The translations under genes were made by a program, and so were the position numbers. A stretch of 64,000 nt of DNA, taken from assembly GCA_013607665.1 (NCBI GenBank), contig VCAX01000001.1, positions 396-64,395 on the forward strand, written 5' to 3'. The notes under the pieces were generated by a model. The model had not been told where the DNA came from, searched no databases, and saw only the letters and a list, made by a program, of their open reading frames with translations. Of the stretch, positions 20,295 to 30,701 are shown piece by piece; positions within the stretch are counted from its first letter, which is position 1; every line of letters starts with the position of its first letter. The stretch is from Campylobacterota bacterium. GTDB lineage: Bacteria > Campylobacterota > Campylobacteria > Campylobacterales > Sulfurimonadaceae.

Positions 20295-21116
20295 CTAAGC
20301 TTTTCGTGCAATTTTTTCAATTGCATCTCTGTTCATATCGTTCATTTGTGTATCCATCGCTTTTTGATACATCCCGACAAGCCTGTTCGTCTCAATGAGC
20401 TGTGTCATCATCTTCACGGCATTAACATTGCTTTTCTCAACAAAGCCCTGCTCAACTGCACCACTCTCTTCATTTATTTTTAAGCGTTTCATATCATCAA
20501 GTTTGTAAAGGTTGTCACCCTCTTTTTGCAAATATCGTAAGTTGTCGACACTTGCAATCATGAGCTTTTTGTTTTGCGTGAGCTTCACTGAACCCGGAAC
20601 ATTTGTCAAAACCTGTCCGTTCTTGTCAATAGCTATTGTACTGTCCGTGGTCGCAAGGCTAATGCCATCTTTTGAGTTGAAATAATCATCACCTAGCACT
20701 TCGTACCCCTGCTTGGTAACGAGTTTTCCTTCATCATCAAGAGAGAAAGAACCATCCCGCGTTAAGCGAATACCCTGCGGTGTCTTTACAGCAAAGAAAA
20801 GATTGTCGCGTGAGAGTGCGATATCGAGTTGGTTGTCTGTCTTTTGCAGGTTGCCTACAGAAAAATCTGTATAATCATCTACTATCTGAGGAACTTTTGC
20901 CATTGTTCTGTTGATGAACTTAGCAGCCTCTTTTGTGTTGTTCTCATTTGGCAGTGCATCTCTTTTCTCTTGATAGAGCCGCATAAAATCACCTACAATG
21001 AGGTTATCCTCTTTATAGCCGTTTGTATTGACATTTGCTAGGTTGTTTGCAATAGTATCAAGTCGGTTGAACTGTGTTACCATTCCAGCAGCAGAACTAT
21101 AATAGCCTGTTTGCAT
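20295..21116 (-). CDS. flgF: Flagellar basal-body rod protein FlgF (FlgG2)
   Basis: ANNLANVNTNGYK, TRDGSF, EKSNVNAV; lies upstream of flgG. Confidence 0.85.
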   Translation of the reverse strand: MQTGYYSSAAGMVTQFNRLDTIANNLANVNTNGYKEDNLIVGDFMRLYQEKRDALPNENNTKEAAKFINRTMAKVPQIVDDYTDFSVGNLQKTDNQLDIALSRDNLFFAVKTPQGIRLTRDGSFSLDDEGKLVTKQGYEVLGDDYFNSKDGISLATTDSTIAIDKNGQVLTNVPGSVKLTQNKKLMIASVDNLRYLQKEGDNLYKLDDMKRLKINEESGAVEQGFVEKSNVNAVKMMTQLIETNRLVGMYQKAMDTQMNDMNRDAIEKIARKA

Positions 21117-21150
21117 CAAGTACCCCTGTTTTGCATTATTTTTAGATTAA

Positions 21151-21168
21151 AAGCAAAGGATGTTCCAA
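21151..21168 (-). promoter_or_regulatory. Sigma54 (-24/-12) promoter of flgF-flgG
   Basis: Minus strand reads TTGGAACATCCTTTGCTT (GG-N10-GC), typical of Campylobacterota RpoN flagellar promoters. Confidence 0.85.
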
Positions 21169-21251
21169 CTTTAAAACAAGACCCCTTTAAGAATATTTCG
21201 GTATAATCCACCTTTTAAAAACCTTAATAAAGCAACGGAGCAACCTCCCAT

Positions 21252-23096
21252 ATGACAGCAAAAGAACTCAACAAAGCCTTAGAGACTTTTTTTCAAGAGC
21301 ACAAATCAAAAGATTGTATCACTTATGAATCAATAATTGACCTTTTTGAAAAACAGCCAACCGCTGCACAAGCCAAAAATATTTTAAAACTTGCAAAAAA
21401 GCACAATAAATGCCTTTATACCGCAAGCGAACACGCAAAGAAACTTAACGACCAAGAAGCAGAAGCACGTCGTGATGCACAAAGAAAGATGCTTGAAGAC
21501 AATGAAACAGATAAGTTTGATATCTTAAAAGAGCATGAACTTCTTGAGTGGTCACGCTCTGATTCTCCTGTACGTATGTACTTGCGTGAGATGGGGCAAA
21601 TTCCACTTTTAACAAAAGAAGAAGAGATAGAAATATCTAAAAAGATTAAGGCGGGTGAAAGCATCATCATTGACGCTATCTGTTCTGTTCCTTATCTTAT
21701 TGACTTTATTTTAGACTACAAAGAGCCGCTCATCAACCGTGAAAGACGCGTCAAAGAGCTTTTTAAATCTTTTGAAGATGAAAAAGATGACGATGACGGA
21801 GATGATGATGCTGATAGTGAAAGTAAAACACTCTCTGCAAAAGACAAAAGCAGAGTTGAGAAAGTAACGACAAGCTTCAAAGCACTTGAAAAAGCGAAAA
21901 AAGATTGGATGAAGACACTTGAGAAAGCATCTGAAAATCTTGACAGCGAAGAGCTTACAGAAGAGATAGTACACTACTATCTTCTGCTTACTTGGAAAAA
22001 AGCCGTTCTTAAAGAGAAACTTCTCGATCTCGGTCCGACTTCAAAGCTTATCAACGAACTTGTAAAAGCAATGGAGACGGCACTCAAATCTGATGAAGGC
22101 TACGACAAAGAGCTCAAGCGTCTTGAGTACAAGCTTCCACTGTTCAATGCAACACTCAAAGCAAATCATAAAGTACTTGTTGAAAAGATTCAAGACCTTA
22201 CAAAAGAAGATATCACCAATATGGTTCCAGAAGCGACAATGGTCTCTACCTATATGGAGATCAAAAAACTTGTTCAGACTAAAGAGGCATCAAAAAACTC
22301 TTTTGACATGGAACCTGAAAAACTTGCAGATATTTTAGAGCAGATCAAGCGTGGTAAGAACATCTCTGAGATTTCAAAAACAAAAATGGCAAAATCAAAT
22401 CTTCGTTTGGTTGTTTCCATTGCAAAACGCTATACAAACCGTGGACTTCCATTTCTTGACCTTATTCAAGAAGGAAATATCGGTCTTATGAAAGCCGTTG
22501 ACAAGTTTGAATATCAAAAAGGGTACAAATTTTCAACATATGCAACATGGTGGATTCGTCAGGCTATATCACGCGCCATTGCAGACCAGGCAAGAACGAT
22601 CCGTATTCCTATCCATATGATCGAGACGATCAACCGCATTAATAAGATCATGCGCAAACACCTCCAAGAGCATGGAAAAGAGCCGGATGTCGATACAATC
22701 GCACAAGAGGTCGGCCTCTCTGTTGAAAAAGTCAAAAATGTCATCAAGATTACAAAAGAGCCTATCTCGCTTGAAGCACCTATAGGGAGTGAAGAGGATG
22801 GTCGTTTTGGGGACTTCATTGAAGACAAACAGTCACTCTCTCCATCAGATGCGATTCTTAAAGATGACCTTCGTATTCAGATCGAACAGGTTCTTGAACA
22901 GCTCAATGAAAGAGAAAAGGCCGTTATTAAGCTCCGTTTTGGAATTATGGATGATGAGAGTGACAGAACGCTTGAAGAGATCGGAAAAGAGCTTAGCGTG
23001 ACACGTGAAAGAGTTCGTCAAATTGAATCCTCTGCTATTAAAAAGCTCAAACACCCTAAAGTCGGTCGTAGACTCAAAAACTACATAGAAGAGTAG
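21252..23096 (+). CDS. rpoD: RNA polymerase primary sigma factor
   Basis: [49 protein letters not shown]. Confidence 0.99.
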   Translation: MTAKELNKALETFFQEHKSKDCITYESIIDLFEKQPTAAQAKNILKLAKKHNKCLYTASEHAKKLNDQEAEARRDAQRKMLEDNETDKFDILKEHELLEWSRSDSPVRMYLREMGQIPLLTKEEEIEISKKIKAGESIIIDAICSVPYLIDFILDYKEPLINRERRVKELFKSFEDEKDDDDGDDDADSESKTLSAKDKSRVEKVTTSFKALEKAKKDWMKTLEKASENLDSEELTEEIVHYYLLLTWKKAVLKEKLLDLGPTSKLINELVKAMETALKSDEGYDKELKRLEYKLPLFNATLKANHKVLVEKIQDLTKEDITNMVPEATMVSTYMEIKKLVQTKEASKNSFDMEPEKLADILEQIKRGKNISEISKTKMAKSNLRLVVSIAKRYTNRGLPFLDLIQEGNIGLMKAVDKFEYQKGYKFSTYATWWIRQAISRAIADQARTIRIPIHMIETINRINKIMRKHLQEHGKEPDVDTIAQEVGLSVEKVKNVIKITKEPISLEAPIGSEEDGRFGDFIEDKQSLSPSDAILKDDLRIQIEQVLEQLNEREKAVIKLRFGIMDDESDRTLEEIGKELSVTRERVRQIESSAIKKLKHPKVGRRLKNYIEE

Positions 23097-23103
23097 AACG
23101 AAT

Positions 23104-23790
23104 ATGACGCTAGAACAGCAGTGGTTGGAGTATGATTACAATCCCTTCATACTCTTTAATGCACAAGGAAAGATCGTCTCACTCAATGCTGAGGCACAGT
23201 TTCTTTTAGGTGCAACGACTGCCGGTGAGCTTTTTGAGCTTGCAAAGACCTATGCAAGTATTAATTTTGGTTTTAAAACGACCTTTATCGAACTTGAGTA
23301 TGGCCGTTACAAATTTTTTGGCCTCACGGTTGGGTATGAAGATGAAGAGCAAATAGGTATCAAACTCTACCAATCCCCCTCTTATAAGCTTAACACCACA
23401 AAACCAAATGGGGAACTGACAAATATCTTTACTATCATAGATCTTTGCATTGCAACCAATTCCATTAATTCAGAGACACTTTTTAAAAGAGATTACGATC
23501 CAACCATACCTGATGTTATCATCGACTCAAACAAGCTCATAAAGCTCTTAAACAAGATCTATGAATACTTCAAAGTAAGTGATTCTATTTTAACACGGGT
23601 CTTTTTCAGAATTGGAGAACACATCAAGTTTGAAGAGAAGAAATACAGTATTTTCTCTATCTCCATTCAAGGGGAAAAAATTGATGAAACAAAAAAAGAG
23701 GAACTCGATATACTTGCTAAAAGCAATAATTTCTATATAGATATCAGCAATAAAAAGGTTACAATAAACCTCCCAATGATCACCTCTTAA
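23104..23790 (+). CDS. Hypothetical protein with PAS-like N-terminus
   Basis: PFILFNAQGKIVSLNAEAQFLLG PAS-like start; RDYDPTIP resembles the NtrB-type HATPase start. Confidence 0.75.
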   Translation: MTLEQQWLEYDYNPFILFNAQGKIVSLNAEAQFLLGATTAGELFELAKTYASINFGFKTTFIELEYGRYKFFGLTVGYEDEEQIGIKLYQSPSYKLNTTKPNGELTNIFTIIDLCIATNSINSETLFKRDYDPTIPDVIIDSNKLIKLLNKIYEYFKVSDSILTRVFFRIGEHIKFEEKKYSIFSISIQGEKIDETKKEELDILAKSNNFYIDISNKKVTINLPMITS

Positions 23791-23794
23791 TCTA

Positions 23795-24301
23795 CTATGC
23801 TAAAATCTCACGCGAAACAAAAGCACCTACGATAATGCCGAAAAAGAGAGAAGGCAGATAGTACCATAATTCTAAAATATTATTATTTTTTAAAGCGATA
23901 AAACCTAAAATCAAAACAAGATACGGCAACAATCTAAAAAGGGAGAGACTGCCTTTGATACCGTGCTTTATATTTTTCACATTAAGGGGTTTGACTTTGG
24001 CTTTTTCCTCTTTGACGATCTCTTTAAGATTAAGTTCTTCTGTCGGTGCATCATTTATCTCACCCTCATAAAGTCCATGCGGGTCTTCAATCTTCTCCAA
24101 AAGGTCTCTATCTTCCACATACTCACCTGCTGCAACTTTCGCCATTATCATCTTTTTGTAAGCATACGAAGCACCAAGTATGATCAAAAATGCAGAGATA
24201 AAAGCCGTCTCGACATTGGCAAATATTTTTACCGAAATAAAATAGCTGATAAAGATAAGGAGTTGTGCCGCTAAAAATATGCTAATAGCTCTTTTCACCA
24301 T
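23795..24301 (-). CDS. Membrane protein (AtpI-like region partner of AtpZ)
   Basis: Four hydrophobic segments; overlaps the end of the atpZ-like gene. Confidence 0.75.
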   Translation of the reverse strand: MVKRAISIFLAAQLLIFISYFISVKIFANVETAFISAFLIILGASYAYKKMIMAKVAAGEYVEDRDLLEKIEDPHGLYEGEINDAPTEELNLKEIVKEEKAKVKPLNVKNIKHGIKGSLSLFRLLPYLVLILGFIALKNNNILELWYYLPSLFFGIIVGAFVSREILA

Positions 24302-24614
24302 AATCCTCATCTTCATCATACTCATCGTCATCTATCTTTTTCTTGATAACATAACGCGGTTCTTTTGCAAGTTCTTCAAACTCTTTGTACTGTTTTGAGT
24401 AGGCTTTGTAAACATTGAGTATCGCAGCAGCGATTCCAATGACAACACCAATCCAAAAACTCCACGCAGCACCTGTGAGATTTTTCAAAAGCCACCCAAG
24501 TCCAATACCAATAGCAATGGCAACGACGATAGAGATGCCAAGAGAGAGGCTGTCTGCCGCTTCTATGATTGGCTTGACACGTGGTTTTCTCTCTTCGTTT
24601 TCACTATTTGGCAT
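24282..24614 (-). CDS. AtpZ/AtpI family protein
   Basis: [19 protein letters not shown]...[11 protein letters not shown] two-TM hairpin. Confidence 0.85.
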   Translation of the reverse strand: MPNSENEERKPRVKPIIEAADSLSLGISIVVAIAIGIGLGWLLKNLTGAAWSFWIGVVIGIAAAILNVYKAYSKQYKEFEELAKEPRYVIKKKIDDDEYDEDEDYGEKSY

Positions 24615-25899
24615 TTGTAATCGCTTTAAAGACTCTTTTACTTGCTTCAATCGTATCTTCTACCATCATATCAGTCGTTGCCGTGGAGATAAAACCTGTC
24701 TCATAGAGTGAGCAGGCGAAATAAAAACCTTCATCAAGCATACCTGCGTGAAATTTTGCAAACATTGCAGCATCAGATGCTGCAGCATCACTAAAGTTTT
24801 TGACCTCTTTTTTGGAGAAGAAAAAACCAAACATAGAGCCGCGTGTATCGATCTGCATAGCAATACCCTGCTCTTTTGCAGCAGCTTGCATTCCCTCAAC
24901 TAAACGCACAGCACGCTTATTTAAAACATCTATGATTTTTGCATTTTGCTTAAGCTTGGTAAGCGCTGCGTGTCCTGCTGCCATAGCTACAGGGTTTCCA
25001 GAGAGTGTTCCAGCCTGATAGACAGGACCCTCAGGAGAGAGTTTCTCCATAATCTCACGTCGGCCGCCAAAAGCACCTACCGGCATACCGCCGCCGATTA
25101 CTTTTCCAAGTGTCACAAGGTCAGGTTTCACACCGGTAATACTCTCTGCACCATGCAGTGAACCACGAAAACCACTCATAACTTCATCAAAAATTAAAAG
25201 TGCACCGTTTGCATCACACAACTCACGCAGCTCATGCAAAAACTCTTTATCAGCTGGAACAAGTCCCATATTTCCTGCAATCGGCTCAATAATAACACAG
25301 GCGATATTCTTAGAATCTGCAAAACATTTTTTGACACTCTCAATGTTGTTGTACTCTCCTAAAAGCGTATGTTTTGTAAAGTCAGCCGGTACTCCAGGGC
25401 TTGAAGGGTTGCCAAAAGTAGCCGCACCACTTCCTGCTTCTACAAGAAGCGCATCAGAATGTCCATGATAGCAGCCTGTAAATTTCACAATATCATCACG
25501 ACCTGTAAAACCACGCGCCAAACGAATAGCAGACATAACAGCCTCTGTTCCACTACTTACAAAACGCACCTTCTTAATAGAGTCAAAAAACTCTATCACA
25601 AGCTTGGCAAGTTCACTCTCTGCCAAAGTCGGCGCACCGAAACTAAGACCATGTTTTACAGCATCAATAACCGCTGCTTCAATCGTCTCATCACGATGTC
25701 CAAAGAGAAGCGGTCCCCAGGACTGTACATAATCCACATATTTATTGCCGTCGATATCTTTAAGGTATCCACCTTCTCCTTCTGTGATAAAAACAGGAAC
25801 CCCTCCTACGCTTTTAAATGCACGAACCGGTGAATCAACACCACCTGGAATCAACTGCTGCGCTTCTTCAAATGCCTTTTTTGACGCTTCTCTATTCAT
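24604..25899 (-). CDS. hemL: Glutamate-1-semialdehyde 2,1-aminomutase
   Basis: [45 protein letters not shown]. Confidence 0.98.
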   Translation of the reverse strand: MNREASKKAFEEAQQLIPGGVDSPVRAFKSVGGVPVFITEGEGGYLKDIDGNKYVDYVQSWGPLLFGHRDETIEAAVIDAVKHGLSFGAPTLAESELAKLVIEFFDSIKKVRFVSSGTEAVMSAIRLARGFTGRDDIVKFTGCYHGHSDALLVEAGSGAATFGNPSSPGVPADFTKHTLLGEYNNIESVKKCFADSKNIACVIIEPIAGNMGLVPADKEFLHELRELCDANGALLIFDEVMSGFRGSLHGAESITGVKPDLVTLGKVIGGGMPVGAFGGRREIMEKLSPEGPVYQAGTLSGNPVAMAAGHAALTKLKQNAKIIDVLNKRAVRLVEGMQAAAKEQGIAMQIDTRGSMFGFFFSKKEVKNFSDAAASDAAMFAKFHAGMLDEGFYFACSLYETGFISTATTDMMVEDTIEASKRVFKAITNAK

Positions 25900-25998
25900 A
25901 AAAAACCTTGTGTAGTAATATTTTTCTAATTATATCCAACGTTACGTTAATATTGATTTGTTATAATCGTGAAAAAAATATATATTATTGGATGATGT

Positions 25999-26856
25999 TT
26001 GAATAGATCTACTTTTGCCCTTTTTGTTGCTCTTCTCATACATATTTTACTTTTTTTACTGTTGTGGATTCTCCTTCACTTCGCAGCAACAGATAGCAAC
26101 AAAAGTCTTAAAAAACCTGAAAGAAAGATCAAAATATCACTCAAAGAACTGCCTAAAAAACATAAAAAGTCAGGGCTTACAAAGAAAAAAATCCCAGAAC
26201 CAAAAATAGCTCCGCCAATGCCAAAAGGATCACAACTTAAAAAGATAGTCAAACCCTTTCGTACACCAAAACTAAACAAGCCAAAAAAAGTAGCCAAAAA
26301 AGCACCGGTAAAACCAAAAACAGCACCAATTCCTCCGAGAAAACCTTTTATTCCGCTACATGCTGCAAAAAAAGAGACCAACACGACAAAAGAGATAAAA
26401 AAAGAGCCAAAACAACAAAAAGCACTTGCTTGGCTCTACGAAGACGTTGCAGACAAAGAGACAAAAATAAAGCAAAAAAGCAGACAAAACGGCAGCAATA
26501 TTTCGCAAGATATCAAAGAACTCTACGGGGAAGAGTTTGGAAAACTCACCCCTGGTCAGCAGCAGTATATTCTGGATAATCAAGAGATTATGCGCCGTAT
26601 CACACAACGTACTCTTACCCGAGTTGCAAGTGTTAACATTCCAAGAGATCTCAATGTCAACAGACACAATGTTATTGAGTTTAAACTCCATCCAAACGGC
26701 GATATGACAGATTTTAAATTTCTCTCAAAAAGTGGTTATTATATTCTTGATGACACGACAAAAGAGACTATCGAGTATGCATACAGCCGCTACCCAAGAC
26801 CAAAAGAGACGATACTTATTCGCTACAATGTATTTTACAATCTTGCGAGATACTGA
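25999..26856 (+). CDS. TonB-like energy transducer
   Basis: N-terminal TM with ALLIH, Lys/Pro-rich linker, C-terminal SGYYILDD..YPRP. Confidence 0.8.
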   Translation: MNRSTFALFVALLIHILLFLLLWILLHFAATDSNKSLKKPERKIKISLKELPKKHKKSGLTKKKIPEPKIAPPMPKGSQLKKIVKPFRTPKLNKPKKVAKKAPVKPKTAPIPPRKPFIPLHAAKKETNTTKEIKKEPKQQKALAWLYEDVADKETKIKQKSRQNGSNISQDIKELYGEEFGKLTPGQQQYILDNQEIMRRITQRTLTRVASVNIPRDLNVNRHNVIEFKLHPNGDMTDFKFLSKSGYYILDDTTKETIEYAYSRYPRPKETILIRYNVFYNLARY

Positions 26857-26924
26857 TTTTATAACAAAAAGAGAGTATTTAAGTTACCCGAATTCATCTA
26901 TTCAATATGCAAGGTTTATATATA

Positions 26925-27432
26925 ATGATTACTAATAGAATCTCTTTTTCTCTTCTTCCTTTGGCTCTTATCTTTATGCTGAGTGCCTGCGGAGAGGAAA
27001 AAGCGCCGCAACAAAAAAAACAAGCACCAATTCCAGTAAACACTATTACAGTCCAAGAGAAAAAAGTACCTATTTGGGGAACTTTCACAGGAAAGACACG
27101 GGCAAGTTCACACCAAGAAGTACGTGCTCGTGTTTCGGAAATTTTGGAAAAAGTATATTTTAAAGATGGGCAGTATGTACAAAAAGGACAAAAGCTCTTT
27201 AAGATACAACAGGATGAATATATAGCGGCTTTGAATGCCGCAAAAGCCAAAAAAGCACAAGACGAAGCAGCTTTGGCACTTACAAAAGCTGATGTGGCAC
27301 GTTACACACCACTGGTAAAAGAAGGACTCGCTCCTAGAGCAACGCTGGAACAGTATCAGGCAAAACTGGCATCACTTCACGCAGCGATAATGGGAGATGA
27401 AGCGAAAATTAAAGAAGCGAAAATCGACTTAA
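26925..27432 (+). pseudogene. Truncated RND efflux membrane-fusion lipoprotein (N-terminal half only)
   Basis: Lipobox LSAC; EVRARVS..L..VYF.DGQ.V.KGQ.LF.I; alpha-hairpin; similarity stops at AKIDL. Confidence 0.85.
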
Positions 27433-27435
27433 TTT

Positions 27436-27702
27436 TTAAAACTCCAGATCAAAAAAGATGTCACAGATGCCTACATTAATCTTAACGAATCAAAAGACAC
27501 CGTAGAACTTGCACAGGCACTCCTGCAAGCTTCTATGGAGAAATTCACACAGGCACAAAAAAGATATGAAAACGGTCTCTCAGACTACATTGAGCTCCAA
27601 CAGGCACGTCAAAACTACATCGATGCAAAATCAGGGCTTATCATCGATTATTACAAATACTATGATGCACTGGCCAGAATGTACCATGCTACAGGCATGT
27701 AG
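27436..27702 (+). pseudogene. C-terminal remnant of a TolC-family outer-membrane protein
   Basis: Frame reads LKLQIKKDVTDAYINL...AQKRYENGLSDYIELQQA...ALARMYHATGM*, with no start of its own. Confidence 0.8.
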
Positions 27703-27706
27703 CAAA

Positions 27707-28624
27707 CTACTCCTCTAGCAGTTTTAGTGCGCCTTTATAGATAGGCTCATCTATAAAGCCGTACTCTTCATCTGTAAAACCGGTGATTCCTTCCTCTCTA
27801 TGCATCTCAAAAAGCTTCACAATGATTTTGGCTCTTTTTATCTCTTCTTCTTTATTTGTAAATATTTTATTTACCAGTGATACCTGCGTGGGAGAGATAC
27901 ACCCTTTTGCATCATAGCCCATACTATGCTCCAACTCCAGCCATTTTGTAAAGGTTTGAGTATCTTTATACTCCTGAAAGACAAAAGAGACAGGTTTAAT
28001 GTGCATAGAGCGTGTTGTAATTAAAAAGTGTGAAAGCATATAGTGCATGGTCGGATTATCAAGCTGAATGAGGCTTTGCGGCAGTCCCATATCAGCAAAG
28101 AGATCCAAAATGCCAAGATAAAAAGTAGTGACCCGTTTATTGACTCCCAAAGAGCCAAGATTATGCCATGCCTCGGCTGTTTCAATGGAGAGATGCAGCT
28201 CAATATCATCATTTAAAAGATGTAAAATATCTCGTACCTCTTTTTCATTCTTAATCTTTGGCACACGAATAGCATCAGGCATAAATTGGTTTAAGTAGGT
28301 TATCTCTTCATAGCCTCCTTCATTAAGCGCATTGACACGCACTACAAGTTTTTTCTCACATTTTTGCAATCTGCTAAGAAATATTGCAGCCAAAACGAGT
28401 GCATAAGGCTTTTGCTCTTTTGCTACGCCATCTTCAAGGTTTAACATAATGCAGTCTGCTTCAAGGGACTCTATTTTACTAAGATGTTTGATGTTATTTG
28501 CCGAGAGCATTAAAACAGAGCGGAAATTTTTTTTCTTGTTAAGCTGGCGAAAAGCAGGTTTTGCCAAGGCATCTAGCGCGCTTAAATCTCCGGCATTATA
28601 AGCCGCTTCAATCTCACTTAACAT
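27707..28624 (-). CDS. HpcH/HpaI aldolase / citrate lyase beta (CitE-like) protein
   Basis: RSVL, LNLEDGV, VRVN, VPK, IETA, GYDAKGCISPTQ, IDEP. Confidence 0.9.
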   Translation of the reverse strand: MLSEIEAAYNAGDLSALDALAKPAFRQLNKKKNFRSVLMLSANNIKHLSKIESLEADCIMLNLEDGVAKEQKPYALVLAAIFLSRLQKCEKKLVVRVNALNEGGYEEITYLNQFMPDAIRVPKIKNEKEVRDILHLLNDDIELHLSIETAEAWHNLGSLGVNKRVTTFYLGILDLFADMGLPQSLIQLDNPTMHYMLSHFLITTRSMHIKPVSFVFQEYKDTQTFTKWLELEHSMGYDAKGCISPTQVSLVNKIFTNKEEEIKRAKIIVKLFEMHREEGITGFTDEEYGFIDEPIYKGALKLLEE

Positions 28625-28964
28625 TCTTTGCCTTTTTTTTGTCATTTTGATGCAGATAGAAATAGAGTGCCTCTATCTCTTTATTTGTCAAATAGTAGCG
28701 CGGCATCCCTTTTTTTCTGCTATTGAGTGCTTTGAAAAACTCTCCATAAGCAATATTGTTAATGGGAGGGCCTATAAAACTACGCTTTTTTTTCTTATGC
28801 ACATAGTTGGCGATTACTTTTCCTTCGCCCTTCTTTCCATGGCACTTGGCACATGCTATACCGCGTGGATTCTCATAAAGTTGTGCAGCATACTCTTTTT
28901 GCGTAATAAAAGAGGTGCTTGCAAAAATTGTCATTGGCATGAGTAAAAAAAGTATATATTTCAT
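28614..28964 (-). CDS. Monoheme c-type cytochrome
   Basis: Signal peptide, NPRGIACAKCHG, MPRYYLT distal Met. Confidence 0.9.
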   Translation of the reverse strand: MKYILFLLMPMTIFASTSFITQKEYAAQLYENPRGIACAKCHGKKGEGKVIANYVHKKKKRSFIGPPINNIAYGEFFKALNSRKKGMPRYYLTNKEIEALYFYLHQNDKKKAKNVK

Positions 28965-29031
28965 AGATAAGTATTAGCCTATTATTATTTTAAAAGAGTA
29001 TAATATCAAAAAAATTATTTATGGGGTTTAA

Positions 29032-29892
29032 ATGCAGATTCTTGATGGTAAAGCTCTTGCTCAAAAAATTGAAAAAAATGTCGCTTCTGAAGTTGTTAAA
29101 TTAAAAGAAAACAGAGGAAGAACACCTGGTCTAGCAGTAATTTTAGTTGGACAAGATCCTGCAAGTGCCGCTTATGTAAATATGAAGAAAAAAGCCTGTG
29201 ACCGTGTCGGTTTTTACTCTGTAACACATGAGATGCCTGAAGATATCTCCCAAGAGGCCATTGAAAACACCATCAAAATGATGAATCAAAATCCTAATAT
29301 AGACGGGATTTTGGTACAACTTCCACTGCCTCCGCAAATCGATACAACAAAGATTTTAGAACTCGTTGACCCTGCTAAGGATGTTGATGGTTTCCATCCA
29401 TACAATGTTGGACGTCTCGTTACAAACCTTGATGGTTTTGTGCCATGTACTCCCCTTGGTGTGATGGAGCTTTTAGCTGAGTACAACATCGATGTAAAGG
29501 GGAAAAACTGCTGTGTAGTCGGTGCTTCCAACATTGTAGGAAAACCAATGGCATCACTACTTTTAAATGCAGATGCAACTGTCGAGATCTGCCATATCTT
29601 TACGGATGACCTTAAAAAACACACACTCCAAGCAGACATCATTCTTGTCGGTGTCGGTGTTATCAATCTCATCAAAGAAGATATGGTTAAAGAGGATGCC
29701 ATTATCATCGATATCGGGATTAACAGAGCAGAGAACGGCAAACTTGTTGGTGATGTCGATTTCGAAAATGTCGCATCAAAGTGCTCTTACATTACTCCTG
29801 TTCCAGGCGGTGTAGGGCCAATGACAATCGCAATGCTTTTAAGTAATACCCTCAAAGCTGCAAAACAGAGTGCCGACAAAGAAGAGGCGTAA
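29032..29892 (+). CDS. folD: Methylenetetrahydrofolate dehydrogenase/cyclohydrolase
   Basis: VQLPLP, KDVDGFHP, PCTP, ITPVPGGVGPMT. Confidence 0.98.
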   Translation: MQILDGKALAQKIEKNVASEVVKLKENRGRTPGLAVILVGQDPASAAYVNMKKKACDRVGFYSVTHEMPEDISQEAIENTIKMMNQNPNIDGILVQLPLPPQIDTTKILELVDPAKDVDGFHPYNVGRLVTNLDGFVPCTPLGVMELLAEYNIDVKGKNCCVVGASNIVGKPMASLLLNADATVEICHIFTDDLKKHTLQADIILVGVGVINLIKEDMVKEDAIIIDIGINRAENGKLVGDVDFENVASKCSYITPVPGGVGPMTIAMLLSNTLKAAKQSADKEEA

Positions 29893-30701
29893 TGAAAAAC
29901 TTTTTACATAAAGCTTACAAATGGTCGAACTCATGGACAGGGACCATTGTCATTGTCCTTTTCATCATCTTTTTTGTCGCGCAGGCGTTTCGAATTCCTA
30001 GTGGCAGCATGAAAGACTCACTCCTCATTGGCGACCACCTCTTTGCAAAGAAATTTGCTTACGGAATCCCTATGCCCTATATTCCATTTTTGGAGATTCC
30101 AATTATTCCGTGGAGCAAAGAGCTCAAAATTGTTGATGGTGATACTCCAAAGCGCGGTGATATTATCATTTTTCGCTATCCTGCTAATATAAAACAGCAC
30201 TTTGTCAAACGCTGTGTCGCTCTGCCTGATGATGAACTCTTTGTAGCAGAGAAAAATCTTTTCATCCACTTCCGTGAAGGTGATGCATGGATAAAAGAAC
30301 ACTACAAAGATTATGAAATAGTACTCTTTGCAGGAAAACTCTGGGTAAAAAACCCTTATATGAAAAAACATCCGGGAATTCATCATGATCCAAAAATCAT
30401 CAATGACGGGCACTACCCGATGCCAATTTTTTATATGAACCCTATCAAAGTAGAAAAAGATCATTACTTTATGATGGGTGATAATCGTGACCACTCCAAT
30501 GACAGCCGTTTTTGGGGTTCTGTACCATATGAAAACATAGAAGGCACACCTTGGTTCATCTACTTCTCAATAGATAAAAACTATAAAATTCGCTGGGATA
30601 GAGTTGGAAAGACTCCTGCTGATTTAGAGCAAGAGCCTTATCTGAAAAAAGCGATTCAAGAACGCGAAAAAGAAGACAAAGAGTATTATGGAATTACTTG
30701 A
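29892..30701 (+). CDS. lepB: Signal peptidase I
   Basis: IPSGSM, FVKRC, MMGDNRDHSNDSRFWG. Confidence 0.97.
   Translation: MKNFLHKAYKWSNSWTGTIVIVLFIIFFVAQAFRIPSGSMKDSLLIGDHLFAKKFAYGIPMPYIPFLEIPIIPWSKELKIVDGDTPKRGDIIIFRYPANIKQHFVKRCVALPDDELFVAEKNLFIHFREGDAWIKEHYKDYEIVLFAGKLWVKNPYMKKHPGIHHDPKIINDGHYPMPIFYMNPIKVEKDHYFMMGDNRDHSNDSRFWGSVPYENIEGTPWFIYFSIDKNYKIRWDRVGKTPADLEQEPYLKKAIQEREKEDKEYYGIT

Noticed and set aside
23795-25899. atpZ/atpI-like genes coupled to hemL, away from the atp operon
   Set aside because: I recall the same arrangement in other Campylobacterota, so it is not novel
27509-27718. 69-aa ORF from the track
   Set aside because: Off-frame shadow of the TolC remnant
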